The notes: generated by a model from the sequence alone, not told the origin. A stretch of 64,000 nt of DNA from Marinicella sp. (GCA_965230295.1 OZ246001.1:1792001-1856000), one strand, 5' to 3'. Shown: positions 41,156 to 52,266, counted from the first letter of the stretch. Made by a program: numbers and translations.

Positions 41156-42322
41156 TTATTTCCCCCTCCCACGACGAGTGGTTCTGGTAGTTTGATTGCT
41201 GTTTGACTGCAATTGATTCATGTTGGGTGTGACCACTGTGGTGCCCAAATCCAAGGGTGTGTTGTCAGTTATTTTGGGTTGGTTCTTCATCAACTGATCC
41301 AAAGGCAAATACATCATGCTGTTACCCGAGTCTTGGTCCATGATCACTTTCGAAGTGTCCCCCAGAACACTCTCCATGGTTTCTAAAAACAAACGTTGTC
41401 TGGTCACTTCAGGTGCCAATTCATATTGTTCTCGCAACAAGTTAAAACGATCGGCTTTACCGGCCGCTTCAGCAATGATGGCTTCTTTATAGGCTTCGGC
41501 TTCCTGAATGATTTTTAACACCTTACCTTCGGCTTCTGGGATGCGGCCATTGGCATATTCGTTGGCTTGGTTGATGAAGGTTTTTTGATCTTCACGGGCT
41601 TTGACCACATCATCGAAGGCTTCCTTCACATTGATGGGTGGATGCACTTCAGTGATGTTGACTTGTGTCAGTTGAATGCCCGTTTTGTAGTCGTTCAACA
41701 TGGTTTGAATTTCTTCACGAGCCTGTTGGTTAACAGCGGTTCTGTTTTCATTGATGATAAAGTCCAGTGTACGGGTACCTGCCACTTGGCGCATCACACT
41801 TTCAGCCACTTGCCTGACTGTGTTTTGTGGGCTGGAAACACTGAACAAGTAATCATTGACCCGCTCTTCATCAATGCGGTATTGAATGGAATAGTCGATT
41901 TCAATCAAGTTCTTATCTTCGGTCAACATTTGACCTGAATTGTCTTCTTGTCGAATGGTCTCAACATTGACCCGGTAAACTTCTGCTAATGGTCTGGGCA
42001 AGGTGAAGCGCAAACCAGGCTGCATGGTGTGTGAATATTCACCGAAGACCAAAACCACGCCACGTTCAGCTTGCTCGATTTGGTAGGCTGCACTGTAGAT
42101 ACCAAGACCCAGTAAGCCAAAGAGTAGGATCAATACCGGCCCTTGGGCATTTTTGTTATTACCGCCACCAGAAGACTGGCCCAAGCCCAATGCCCGTTTG
42201 ATTGAGTTGAATAAATCACTGAGGATTTGATCGAACTCTGGTGGTTTGTTGTTACCACCAGGGCGGTTGTTGTTTGGCTTGTTTCCGCCGGAATTTTGGT
42301 TGCCAGGTTCATTCCAAGGCAT
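41156..42322 (-). CDS. hflK: FtsH modulator HflK
   Basis: MPWNEPG, MLTEDKN, AFDDVVKARED, APEVTRQRLFLETM. Confidence 0.96.
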   Translation of the reverse strand: MPWNEPGNQNSGGNKPNNNRPGGNNKPPEFDQILSDLFNSIKRALGLGQSSGGGNNKNAQGPVLILLFGLLGLGIYSAAYQIEQAERGVVLVFGEYSHTMQPGLRFTLPRPLAEVYRVNVETIRQEDNSGQMLTEDKNLIEIDYSIQYRIDEERVNDYLFSVSSPQNTVRQVAESVMRQVAGTRTLDFIINENRTAVNQQAREEIQTMLNDYKTGIQLTQVNITEVHPPINVKEAFDDVVKAREDQKTFINQANEYANGRIPEAEGKVLKIIQEAEAYKEAIIAEAAGKADRFNLLREQYELAPEVTRQRLFLETMESVLGDTSKVIMDQDSGNSMMYLPLDQLMKNQPKITDNTPLDLGTTVVTPNMNQLQSNSNQTTRTTRRGRGK

Positions 42323-42339
42323 ACATGTTCTCCTGTTAG

Positions 42340-43680
42340 TTACCAGTCTTGTGGGTTTTCATTAATGGCGACTTCATTGGCAGACAACAAGTCACACACA
42401 AAGGCAGCACTGGGGTCATTGCTTTTGGCCAGCTGTCGCCATTTTTCTATGGGTAATTCTACCCTAATTTGCCAGTCACCTGAATCACTGAACTGTTCAT
42501 CCCGAATGGCTTCCAGTTCATAAAATTGCGCCCGCAATTTAGCCAGGTGCATTGGCAACACGAATTCGAGTGATAAATGGGTACGATGAAGCCGTTCTTC
42601 AATGGCTTTCAACAATAAATCTATACCTTTGTTCTTGTGTGCAGAAATCCACACTTTATCCGGGCTGTCTGATTGGCTTTTCTGCAATTGTTCAGGGTGA
42701 CCTGATTGATCAATTTTATTGAAAATTTCAACCACTGGAACCGACTCGATATGCAACTCATCCAGTACTTTATAAACTTCAGCCATGTGGTCGCGGTGTT
42801 CCGGGTTACTGTCATCTATCACATGCAATAACAAGTCCGCATCAACCGCTTCTTGCAAAGTGGCGCGAAATGCTGCCACCAACTCATGCGGCAGGTCGCG
42901 CACAAACCCCACCGTGTCACTGATCACGGCTTTACAGCCAGGGATCACTGTCAGTTGTCTGACTGTGGGATCCAGGGTGGCAAACAACTGATCTTCTGCA
43001 TAAACACCGGCTTCTGTCAGCAGATTGAATAAGGTGGATTTTCCGGCGTTGGTGTAACCCACCAAAGCCAGCATTTTGGTGCCAGATTTCTTGCGTTGCT
43101 TGCGCCCCTGTTCACGCTGACGCATGACTTTGTCCAGTTTGGCATTCAGAGACTTCACTCGGGCATTTAACAAGCGTCGATCAGTTTCTAATTGGGTTTC
43201 ACCGGGCCCACGCATGCCGATACCACCTTTCTGTCGCTCCAAATGCGTCCAACCGCGTACCAATCGGGTCGACATGTGTTTTAATTGCGCCAGTTCTACT
43301 TGTAACTGGCCTTCATATGAGCGGGCCCGTTGAGCAAAGATGTCTAAGATCAGGGTTCTGCGATCCAATACCCGGGCTTTGACAAAGGCTTCCAGGTTCC
43401 GCTCTTGCACCGGGCTCAAGGACGCGTCCACAATCACCACATCGGCTTCGTGCACCTTGACGGCATGTTTGAGCTCTTCGGCTTTACCTGAGCCAATGTA
43501 AAACTTTGGATCGATGGATTGTTTGGAGCTGGTGATGACGTCAAAAATATCGGCACCTGCTGTGGTCACCAATTCCTTGAATTCTTCGATGCGGTCTGGT
43601 TGCTCACCACGACGGTCTCTTTGCATCGGGGTGGGGCATAACAAGATGGCGCGATCACCGCGTTCGGACCTCTCAAACAT
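42340..43680 (-). CDS. hflX: GTPase HflX
   Basis: GWTHLERQKGG, GPGETQLETDRR, GYTNAGKST, DTVGF; start placed at the conserved MFER ATG 43680. Confidence 0.97.
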   Translation of the reverse strand: MFERSERGDRAILLCPTPMQRDRRGEQPDRIEEFKELVTTAGADIFDVITSSKQSIDPKFYIGSGKAEELKHAVKVHEADVVIVDASLSPVQERNLEAFVKARVLDRRTLILDIFAQRARSYEGQLQVELAQLKHMSTRLVRGWTHLERQKGGIGMRGPGETQLETDRRLLNARVKSLNAKLDKVMRQREQGRKQRKKSGTKMLALVGYTNAGKSTLFNLLTEAGVYAEDQLFATLDPTVRQLTVIPGCKAVISDTVGFVRDLPHELVAAFRATLQEAVDADLLLHVIDDSNPEHRDHMAEVYKVLDELHIESVPVVEIFNKIDQSGHPEQLQKSQSDSPDKVWISAHKNKGIDLLLKAIEERLHRTHLSLEFVLPMHLAKLRAQFYELEAIRDEQFSDSGDWQIRVELPIEKWRQLAKSNDPSAAFVCDLLSANEVAINENPQDW

Positions 43681-43685
43681 CAGAT

Positions 43686-43985
43686 GTACCTTTCTTCCCT
43701 TCTTTTGCCGTTCCGGCAAAAACCGGCTGCGAAAGGTTTGTTTGATGAGTCAAGCTCTGACTCGCAATGCTCGCCAACCGCTTGACATAGGACAGAAATA
43801 TGATTGCCTTCATTTGACCTTCGGTCAAAAACCGGCTTCCTCGGGTGGCGTTGATGAGCATTGCCCTGAACTGCTCCGCAGTCCAGCCGCTTAGCATGTT
43901 TAAGTACCTCGCTTCCCTTCTTTCATCGTTCCGGCGAAAACCGGCTGCGCTTGTTTTCTTTAATGAGCCTGGCTCTGAACGGCTG
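43686..43985. repeat. Degenerate tandem array, three units with 109-bp period, same architecture as the 112-bp units
   Basis: TTC-hairpin-ACC starting at 43700, 43809, 43918 and TT(G/A)ATGA at 43742, 43851, 43960; third unit truncated. Confidence 0.8.
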
Positions 43986-44080
43986 TTCAGTTCAACAGTC
44001 CGATGATTCGAACTCCTGAATGTATGCTTCTTCTGTTCCTGAGAAATGTCATCTAATGGTAAATCACGCAAACCACCGCC

Positions 44081-44110
44081 CGTCATTGCCCGGCTTGACC
44101 GGGCAATCCA
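44081..44110 (+). repeat. CGTC-headed REP-like palindrome
   Basis: cgtc-attgcccgg-cttga-ccgggcaat-cca, perfect 9-bp stem. Confidence 0.82.
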
Positions 44111-44269
44111 TAGGTCAGGAAAAGGAAGTATTGCGATTTGTCTGAAGCACAAGAAGCGATACTGGAGTTCCATAGGCCGTGAAGCGGGTTCGAACGCAGT
44201 TCGAAATTCAGCCAACTGCTGATCAATAACTGTTGTGGCTTTTGGAGTCATCATTTCTTCCGGACCAAT

Positions 44270-44301
44270 AAAAAAAGCAGTTTCTTGTGGGAAACTGCTT
44301 T
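44270..44301 (-). terminator. Intrinsic terminator after hfq
   Basis: Minus strand aaagcagtttc-ccacaa-gaaactgcttttttt. Confidence 0.85.
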
Positions 44302-44326
44302 GAACAAGTTGCTTTTGTGATTGCGT

Positions 44327-44566
44327 TCAGTCTTCGCCATCCTGTTGGATTTTATAAGTACTGACATTCTTCGCCGGCACAATGGTCGATATGGCGTGTT
44401 TATACACCAACTGGTTGGTGGTGTTGTTCAACACGATCACGAATTGATCAAATGATTCAACAGTGCCTTGCAATTTAATGCCGTTCATAAGAAAAACAGA
44501 TACTGGAATGCGGTCTTTGCGCAATGCATTCAAGAATGGGTCCTGTAAAGTTTGTGATTTAGACAT
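44327..44566 (-). CDS. hfq: RNA chaperone Hfq
   Basis: [35 protein letters not shown]; start at ATG 44566. Confidence 0.98.
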   Translation of the reverse strand: MSKSQTLQDPFLNALRKDRIPVSVFLMNGIKLQGTVESFDQFVIVLNNTTNQLVYKHAISTIVPAKNVSTYKIQQDGED

Positions 44567-44741
44567 GGTGGTTACCTTACTCTTATTATTATATGGGTGT
44601 ATTTTAGCACAAGCGTGATTTTTATCAGTAATTTCCAACATTAACTTGATTGAAAAGGGTAGATAAAAACAACTTTGAAAATAAAATCTTGACCATTAGA
44701 CTGAGTAAGTATTCTAAAGTTTAGAAGTTATTTAACAAAAA

Positions 44742-45345
44742 TAAGGAATGTTCTTGGGGCTCCATTCTGGTTCATGGTCTGACAGGTCTTCATATTTGCT
44801 GCGCAAATAAACCGACCTTTACAGACTATTGTCTGAGCAGTTGCTTCGCACTGCATGTCTGTTCTAGACAAAAGTGAAAACGACCGCGGCGAACATGACA
44901 TACTACCTCGCACGCACTGCGGCATTCAAATCGGGCTTCTTTATCTTCGATAAAACCGCCCAACTTTCATTGCCTGTGCTATAACGCCATTCACATAAGG
45001 CTTCTTGACTTCGTCAAATCGCCATATGCTCATTGGCTATTCTCTTCGCCTCTGATTGGCTTACATGGAAGTAAGTCCTCTGAGGAGGCAGGATGCCGGT
45101 ATCAGAGGTGACTACATGGATGTAGGTCTGCCGCGATAGCTAGGAGCGATAGCGGCCGCAACATCAATTGCTCACGGCTTATCACTCATTTCATCAAGGC
45201 TTATTGACTTCGTCAAACCGCCATGATTACATTCACGCGCTACGGCATTCTAGGTAGGCTTCTTCATCTTCGATGAAACCGCCAACCTTTCATCACCTGC
45301 GCTGCCTAACCGGCTCGGCGGGTCAAGCTGCTCAACAGCTTTCCA
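44742..45345. repeat. Modular structured non-coding element, long copy
   Basis: Same start, end and module order as 19141-19483, with extra duplicated hairpin modules. Confidence 0.9.
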
Positions 45346-45384
45346 GCGCAGAAAAAATAATAAAATCAATAAATCCATAGGGTT

Positions 45385-45393
45385 TGCTATAAT
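45385..45393 (+). promoter_or_regulatory. Extended -10 promoter element
   Basis: TGCTATAAT about 30 nt upstream of ATG 45424. Confidence 0.55.
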
Positions 45394-45423
45394 TCAGTTC
45401 GTTGAATTACCTATGGAATCGTG

Positions 45424-46476
45424 ATGATATCGGATTATCTGAACCCAACAAGTATTGAGCAAGTCGAAGAGTTTAAGCGTTCATTTGCCAGTAACAAGCC
45501 CTTTAAACATTTGGTAATGGATGAGTTCTTTAAACCTGAGTTCGCGGAAAAAATGCTCCAAGAGTTTCCTCAGTTTGAAACAGAACTGGCGATGAACGAA
45601 AACGGCGAGGTTGGTAGAAAAGCGGTACATGAGAAAGTCTCAGGAATTGGGCCTACTTATCAAAAGTTGGATACTCTGGCCAAAAGTGATGAATTCCTTA
45701 AGTGGGTTGAATAAGTCACAGGAATTGAGCATTTAATTTATGACCCCTATTATTTTGGTGGAGGTACTCACAATAATTTATCTGGTCAAGATTTAGACCC
45801 GCATGTGGACTTTACCCACCATCCAATGACCGGACATCATCGCAGACTCAATTTAATCGTCTATTTGAACAAAGAATGGGATAAAAGTTGGGGCGGTAAC
45901 ATTGAATTTCATAAAAATCCAAGATTAGAACCTGAGCACGACGAAATTATCAGCGTTAAACCCTTGTTCAATAGAGCGGTGATTTTTGAGACCAACAACA
46001 TTTCATGGCATGGCTTTCCACGAATTGAATTACCTGAAACTAAAAAAGACCTCTCGCGGAAGTCATTCGCTTTGTATTACTATACAGATCAGCGTGATCA
46101 GCAAATAAAACCGCATTCTACGATTTATGTCGAAAGACATTTACCTACCAGGTATGAAGCGGGAATGACGATAGAAGCCGAAGATATTCAGGAAATTAAA
46201 ACCTTGTTGGCACGCAGGGATCAACACTTAGAAAGGCTTTACAACAACATCACCCATTTGATGACTGAAACCAGGGACTTGAAATGGAGTCTTAATCAAG
46301 CCCAACAAGCGCATCAAGAACCTATTGAGAACAATCAAAAAAAAGCAGAAATGGATGCAGGTGAACATGACCAGCAGATGTTGATCAATCGCATTCATGA
46401 ATTAGAAAACTCAACTTCATGGAAAGTCACGGCCCCTTTTAGAAAAATAAAGAAAATGTTTTCCAAAAGTGGCTGA
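45424..46476 (+). pseudogene. 2OG-Fe(II) oxygenase with coiled-coil tail, interrupted by in-frame TAA at 45712-45714
   Basis: The two listed ORFs share a frame; read-through gives WVE*VTGIEHLIYDPYYFGGGTH...DPHVDF, then RRLNLIVYLN, SWHG, RKSFALYYY. Confidence 0.8.
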
Positions 46477-46519
46477 TTGATAAACCCCACAATTAACAGG
46501 CCTTACAATTTTTTTGGTC

Positions 46520-49500
46520 TTATTGTAGTTGCACTTTGAATTTCGTTAAAAACAAGGATAATTTTCTCACATCAGAACTGTTTTCAAGTTCGGATGGAGC
46601 AGTGGCTTTGGGCATTTTCAGCATGATGCTGACGGGGTCATTGTTGGCTGACTCTGGAAGTTCGGTATTAACTCTTAAGTGGTAACTTCTACGCTCTACC
46701 AGCTCGAACTGTTCAATGACTTTGTTGTTAACGGAAACCTCAATACTTTGTTGCTCAAGTAAGCCCTGACGAATGAATGGACTGGCGCTGATGTCTATGG
46801 TCAATTGTGTTTGGTTTTTTGGCGTAGGCAAAACCACAAAGATTTGTTTGCCCACCCAGCGCGTGTGATCATGAATGGTGTACCAGTCTCCTGCTAAATA
46901 TGGGGCTGACTCTTCAAGCAAAGCGTCAACGGGAGAGCTGAGGGTACTTTGAATGGCTTGTTTGCGCAAATCGGTCAGCATACTTTCACTGTTTTTGATG
47001 ATGCTGCGGTTGTGACTGCTGTTAAATGCTTGATATAGGTGTTGATAGTTGGCATCGGCATAATAGTTGAGTTCAGAAATCAGCCCATCACCATCGTTGG
47101 CAAAAAGCCTCAGTTGATGTTGCTGGATGCTGGGAACTTGTCCGATGGGCAGGGTGATTTGGTAGCCGGCGTTGGTCAACTCTTGTAAGCCATACTGACC
47201 CAATAAATAAGGCTTCTTCATGCCCGTGGCAACGGTCGCGACCAGTTGATTATCGACAAAAAGATAGATTTCTTTTGCAGGTTTTCCGGTGATGGTGTTG
47301 CCAGCCCAGCCATCAATCAAGTATGCAGCATCATTGTTGGTCATTCTTAATGTGGCAGTACCAAACATTGTACTGTCGTTGTCTATCTTGACCGGGTCTT
47401 CAGAATCAAATCTAATGTGGTTCTCTGTTTGGGATAAGGTGGCTTGATTGATTTGTGAGCTCAATAATTCATCAACCACAAATGAATTGTTTGTCATCTG
47501 GTTGACGGCAAAAAAACGCATATTCAGTTTGGTTATGTGACCTTGTTTGTACAGTTTCTCTGGATCAATCAAGCCAGCACATTCTTTCGGTGCGTGTTGA
47601 AACATGATGCAATGACTGATGATTTGGCCATTGAGTGAAACCAATATTTCATTCACATCATCATCTAATAAGTGTTGTAAGCGGTAATAGACAGGGACAT
47701 ATTGTCCATTTGGATCCAAGGCTTGGCTGTATAGATTGGCATTCAGTAACTTGATCGCATTGGTTTTGACCTCTTGCACATCCAAAGCGGAAACGGGCTT
47801 TTCATAGAAGGTTTGGTTTCTTTGGGTTTGATAAATGCCAGTCCATCCATCTCCAGGAAATAACTCGGTTTGACGTTGTAATTGTTGGTCATACAAAACT
47901 GAATAATTACCAGTCAAGGGTGTGAGAACACGGCCTTCTTGCACCATATCTAACGGTTCTTTCCTGAATTCTTCGCTCCTTAGGCTCATGCCATCTGATA
48001 ACGTATCCTCCATCGGAACACGAAAAACATCAAGGATGGTAGGAAGCAGGTCGAAGTTGTTGGCCTCTCTCATGTCCACAGCACCTGTTTTTTGGTTGGG
48101 GTACTTAACTATTAAGGGAATGGCAGCAATCGCAGCAATGTTATCTTGATGAGCAAAGCGTCTAGATTGGCCAGCGATGAAAGCTGATCCATGGTCGGCC
48201 ACCACTGCGATCATGGCTTGTTCATATAAACCCAATTCTTTGATTCGGTCGGTGGTTTTTTTGATCAAGGCATCCGTTGCACCGACTTGTAACAAATGCT
48301 TGCGCCAAGCAAGCTCAGTGGCCCAGGGATCATCCAACCATTGGTGGGCAACGGAAGCTTTGGGGTCATTCTTATCGAGTTGTCCTGGTGTACCTTCAGG
48401 TTCGTAAAAACCATATAACTTCAAATCAGGCAACATGTTCCAAGGCGCATGGGGTAGCAAAATATGGAGAAAATGAACGGTATTTTTTGGGTGTTTTTCA
48501 AATGAGGCAATAAAGTCGTTAAACGTTTCCTGGCGTTCAGAAAAGGTGGCGGTGGCCTTTTCTTCTTTAAACTCTTGTAAATAACCAATCCAACGATCAT
48601 TGATCGCCGGCAACTTTTTCCTGATGTTGGTTGGTGAAATGCGATGCAAATAAATAACGGCGGTGTCCTCGATCAACAATTGTGTCATGTCTGCGGCATT
48701 TTCTTGGCACAGGTGAGGAGGACAAAGGCTGGTGAAGCTTTCTACCGCATTGATTTGGTGTGAAGCGGACAATAAACTGAATAAGTTATTCGGAAATTGC
48801 TCATAGGTACCCACCTTGCCATGATAATCAATTGGATTTTCACCAGTCAGGATCGCGGGTAAAGCCAAATTAGTGGCACTTGAGATGGTTTTGGCATTGG
48901 GGTACCAAGTGGCGTCTTGGGCCAATTCTGCAAATGCTGGAAAGCGGGTTTCATCGATTTCTTTGTGGTTGTTTTGAATCGATTGTAAAGGAAACTCATC
49001 CAATACAATCACAAACAAGGGGAACTGGGCATCAGAGCCGCCTTGAATGGTATTTGAGTCTTGAACAAACTTGGGCAACAGTTGATTGGCTGCAGAAAAA
49101 AACAGGAATTGGCCCATGAAGATCAAGACCACCGGAGACAGCCACAAAGCGACGGTTTTGAATAGATCTGTTCGCAGGATTAAAAAAAGCAATGTGGCAG
49201 CAATCAACAGAGCAATGGCAACCGCTGGAAAAGATTGCATGTTATTAAAAAAAGGCAGGAAAAACAGCGCCAGTAATAAAGTCGAAAGGGCCCTGGCGAA
49301 CCATTCTTTAAAAGTGTCAGAAAGCCAGCCTGTTATAACTGTGGTTAGCCACATCAGTAACGGAGGTATAAAACTCAAGGTCAAGGTTGATAAGATTAAT
49401 GACCAACCACGCACATCGTGTGCCACCAAAAATGTGGGCCCATTACCCAGCATACTCATGATGGGTTGAACCACAGCCAAAGACCAAATCACTGTTAGAA

Positions 49501-49567
49501 AAAGAAACAACAGGAGGTTGTTTGAGGTGATTTTATCGGTTTTTTTGTTTGGTTGTTGCGGGTTCAT
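46520..49567 (-). CDS. Membrane protein with sulfatase-like (alkaline phosphatase superfamily) domain and long C-terminal extension
   Basis: N-terminal TM helices; IVLDEF, SATNLALPAILTG, HILLPHAPW, VADHG; ends SDVRKLSL. Confidence 0.8.
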   Translation of the reverse strand: MNPQQPNKKTDKITSNNLLLFLFLTVIWSLAVVQPIMSMLGNGPTFLVAHDVRGWSLILSTLTLSFIPPLLMWLTTVITGWLSDTFKEWFARALSTLLLALFFLPFFNNMQSFPAVAIALLIAATLLFLILRTDLFKTVALWLSPVVLIFMGQFLFFSAANQLLPKFVQDSNTIQGGSDAQFPLFVIVLDEFPLQSIQNNHKEIDETRFPAFAELAQDATWYPNAKTISSATNLALPAILTGENPIDYHGKVGTYEQFPNNLFSLLSASHQINAVESFTSLCPPHLCQENAADMTQLLIEDTAVIYLHRISPTNIRKKLPAINDRWIGYLQEFKEEKATATFSERQETFNDFIASFEKHPKNTVHFLHILLPHAPWNMLPDLKLYGFYEPEGTPGQLDKNDPKASVAHQWLDDPWATELAWRKHLLQVGATDALIKKTTDRIKELGLYEQAMIAVVADHGSAFIAGQSRRFAHQDNIAAIAAIPLIVKYPNQKTGAVDMREANNFDLLPTILDVFRVPMEDTLSDGMSLRSEEFRKEPLDMVQEGRVLTPLTGNYSVLYDQQLQRQTELFPGDGWTGIYQTQRNQTFYEKPVSALDVQEVKTNAIKLLNANLYSQALDPNGQYVPVYYRLQHLLDDDVNEILVSLNGQIISHCIMFQHAPKECAGLIDPEKLYKQGHITKLNMRFFAVNQMTNNSFVVDELLSSQINQATLSQTENHIRFDSEDPVKIDNDSTMFGTATLRMTNNDAAYLIDGWAGNTITGKPAKEIYLFVDNQLVATVATGMKKPYLLGQYGLQELTNAGYQITLPIGQVPSIQQHQLRLFANDGDGLISELNYYADANYQHLYQAFNSSHNRSIIKNSESMLTDLRKQAIQSTLSSPVDALLEESAPYLAGDWYTIHDHTRWVGKQIFVVLPTPKNQTQLTIDISASPFIRQGLLEQQSIEVSVNNKVIEQFELVERRSYHLRVNTELPESANNDPVSIMLKMPKATAPSELENSSDVRKLSLFLTKFKVQLQ

Positions 49568-49650
49568 TGATGTTTGTTTATGTTGGGCGCTGGGGTGACA
49601 AGTTTAACAGCAATTTTCTGGATATAAATGGTTTTTGAACAATCATGGAT

Positions 49651-52266
49651 TCAGTTAAGTTGATCGGTATTGATGACTTCAAAGCTTTTCAATTCGATGC
49701 CAAATTTCCGCCTGTCTTTGCTGTCAGAAACAGCAGAAGGTGAAGTGGTGGTGTTGGTTTGAAATTTAAGTTCGATGAGGTTTTGTTGTTCGTTGGTAAT
49801 AGCGGGGCAATCAGCGTGATATTTTCTGCCACCCCTGTCTGACTCTTCAAAAACATCCAAATTCAGCGGAATGCCATTCATGTAAACCTGAAGTTGATCC
49901 GGGTCTACATGGGTATAGAATCTCAGGATATTGATGCGAACGGATTTGTTGTGACAGAAGTTTTTGGGCGCTTTGAACAGCAAAGAGGATTGTCTTTTTC
50001 CTGTCCATCTACCCAAATGCTTGGCCGCCCAAAAACCTTCAGGGTGAAATTTTTCAATGTCTTTTGAAAAATCCACTCCGAAGATTCCATCAGAACCGTC
50101 TAGACTTGCAATGTTGAAATTGGAGATTTTTAGTTTTGAAAGGTAGAGCTCATGGTCGTTGTTCATCTGCTGACCTTCAATTTTTATGCTTAACTCTTTG
50201 GAGTTTGATAGACCTGCTATGAATGGAACCAGATAGGTTAATTTTTTGTTGACCACTTTAATGAGAGCCCATTCTTTGTTATCGATACTTATGGTCACAT
50301 CGGTCAAATCTGTCATTGATAGCAATTCAATTTCAAGTTGAAAGCCGCCATTGTTATTCAGGGGCTGATCAAGCGGTAAGTTGAGAAGGAATTGTTGGTG
50401 GATCGATTGTATGCTGGAGTGGAGTAGTTGGTGGTTATCTGCCACCAGGAACTGATTCTGATAATCAGCATCAGCCTTCAAGTCTGCTCCAAACCTGACT
50501 GTTTTGTTCAATTGGTATTTGTCTACACTTTGAGGCATTTGTTCTTGGGCAGATAATATGCCAAGCCGGTTCCAGGACGTTTCGTCGTATACATGGCCTG
50601 TTATGTTGAACACCCTGAAGTCTTCCAGGTATTTAGAATCAAAGCCAGTAAAATTGTAGTAATAAAACGGCCTCTCTCTGGGTTGATTGTCTCTGAGTTC
50701 GTTGATTTCGATTCCAGGGGCATCCAAATTTTGATCACTGAACGATGCCAAGGTGGGCATGATGTCTAACAAAGAAACAGGCTTGGCAGAGAGTTCAAAA
50801 GGGTTGTTATCACCAAATCCCTTTACCAGTAACAGTGGCTTTCCAGAAGCCATTTCTTTACCCAATTCGTTGATGTAGGTGAATTCACCTTGAGCGGAGT
50901 TGTACTTCAGTCTCGTATATTCACCACCACCATGGTCTGCAGCTATGATGATGGCAGATTGATCATAAATGCCTAATTTTTCAAACTCTTTTAAATAGCT
51001 GATCATCAATTTTAAACTGGCATAAGCATAGTCTTGATAAGCTTGAAAAGAGCCGCTTTTAGGTACGGGGCGCAAGTTCCTGTCCAAGGTAAAAGGGCTG
51101 TGTGGCATCAACAGATGATAGAATCTGAAGGTGGGGTTGATGGAGTCTGTGTCTGCGTGTGTTTTGAGATTTTCTAAAAAGTTAATGCCCCGATGTTTAT
51201 TGACTTTTGGTAATTTTTTTGGCGCCTCTTTGTCTGCAGGGATCAATTGTTGATTTTCAATGTATTCAATCACGGCATTTTTGACTAAAAAATCACCTTC
51301 ATTAAAAATCACCGGCTTTAACGAATGGGGGGACGATCTGAACAGCGATAAATCCAGTGCCTGCAAATAGTTTTCAACTTTTTCAAGGGGTTCAATGTTG
51401 TCGATGAAATTACTCATGATCTCACCGTTAACAGGAATCAGGTTTTTTTTGTAAGGATACAGGCCAACATCCCAGTCATCGTCAATTAAATCGGTCAATA
51501 ATGAGTCATCATAAACATCTTTCAAAAAGGTTTGAATGGGTTGTTCTTTTTGATAAACCTGGCCGGTCAGCAGCATGGGAACGGTCGGATAGGTTTTTGA
51601 AAAAACAGCAGTTGTATCTGGATAAAATGTAAATCCTGGCAAGAGGTTGGTCAATTCCGGCTCTTGATCAATGATGTGCCAAAACAGGTCTGATTGAAAG
51701 CCATCCAAAATAAACAGCATGACATTTTTATCTTTTGAAAATTTAAACTTGTTATTTTCAGTGATTGAATAGGGATTTAAAGTTGCTTCATGATCAATAG
51801 ATGTCAAGGCAAGCAAAAATACCAGAGTGGATGCAGTTGTTGAAAACATCAATAAAACTGAAGTGTGTTTTACGATCTTTTTTCGAAAGAAAATCAAGGC
51901 AGTCAGTGCAGCAAGCCACACACTCAAGTCAACCCATTGACTGTTGGTGTGATTTGAGAAATCAATACCATCGCCTTGCAATATGCCATAATCCCAAACC
52001 AAGATATTCTGCTGGATAAAAATCAGCACATTAAGTAACACAAACAAAGGTAACAGGAACTGGCGCAAGATCCCGGGGATGACCATTGCCAGCAAACCAG
52101 AACAGAAAAAAATGGTTGCTAAGATATACAGGTATATGAAGACTGATTCAGTCAAGGGAACACTGAAATTAAATTGATTACTGAGCCAAATAACAACGGG
52201 AAAGAAAATCAGTATTTGAATCAAAGCAACTGATACGGCTATGAACAAAAGCAGCCTTTCTTTCAT
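49651..52266 (-). CDS. Membrane protein with sulfatase-like domain and C-terminal extension
   Basis: FILDGFQ, SKTYPTVPMLLTG, HLLMPHSPF, AADHG, DIMPTL; ends KDRRKFGI. Confidence 0.8.
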   Translation of the reverse strand: MKERLLLFIAVSVALIQILIFFPVVIWLSNQFNFSVPLTESVFIYLYILATIFFCSGLLAMVIPGILRQFLLPLFVLLNVLIFIQQNILVWDYGILQGDGIDFSNHTNSQWVDLSVWLAALTALIFFRKKIVKHTSVLLMFSTTASTLVFLLALTSIDHEATLNPYSITENNKFKFSKDKNVMLFILDGFQSDLFWHIIDQEPELTNLLPGFTFYPDTTAVFSKTYPTVPMLLTGQVYQKEQPIQTFLKDVYDDSLLTDLIDDDWDVGLYPYKKNLIPVNGEIMSNFIDNIEPLEKVENYLQALDLSLFRSSPHSLKPVIFNEGDFLVKNAVIEYIENQQLIPADKEAPKKLPKVNKHRGINFLENLKTHADTDSINPTFRFYHLLMPHSPFTLDRNLRPVPKSGSFQAYQDYAYASLKLMISYLKEFEKLGIYDQSAIIIAADHGGGEYTRLKYNSAQGEFTYINELGKEMASGKPLLLVKGFGDNNPFELSAKPVSLLDIMPTLASFSDQNLDAPGIEINELRDNQPRERPFYYYNFTGFDSKYLEDFRVFNITGHVYDETSWNRLGILSAQEQMPQSVDKYQLNKTVRFGADLKADADYQNQFLVADNHQLLHSSIQSIHQQFLLNLPLDQPLNNNGGFQLEIELLSMTDLTDVTISIDNKEWALIKVVNKKLTYLVPFIAGLSNSKELSIKIEGQQMNNDHELYLSKLKISNFNIASLDGSDGIFGVDFSKDIEKFHPEGFWAAKHLGRWTGKRQSSLLFKAPKNFCHNKSVRINILRFYTHVDPDQLQVYMNGIPLNLDVFEESDRGGRKYHADCPAITNEQQNLIELKFQTNTTTSPSAVSDSKDRRKFGIELKSFEVINTDQLN

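Noticed and set aside
44183-44210. tRNA fragment (gggttcgaa resembles a T-arm)
   Set aside because: No cloverleaf or CCA; it is a short palindrome ttcgaac-gca-gttcgaa
43673-44254. 193-aa minus-strand ORF between hfq and hflX
   Set aside because: It runs through the 109-bp array and a REP (IARSSRAMT is the REP translation) and has no recognisable motifs
45712-45714. Programmed recoding (Sec or Pyl) of the in-frame stop
   Set aside because: The codon is TAA rather than TGA or TAG, and TAA terminates many genes in this window
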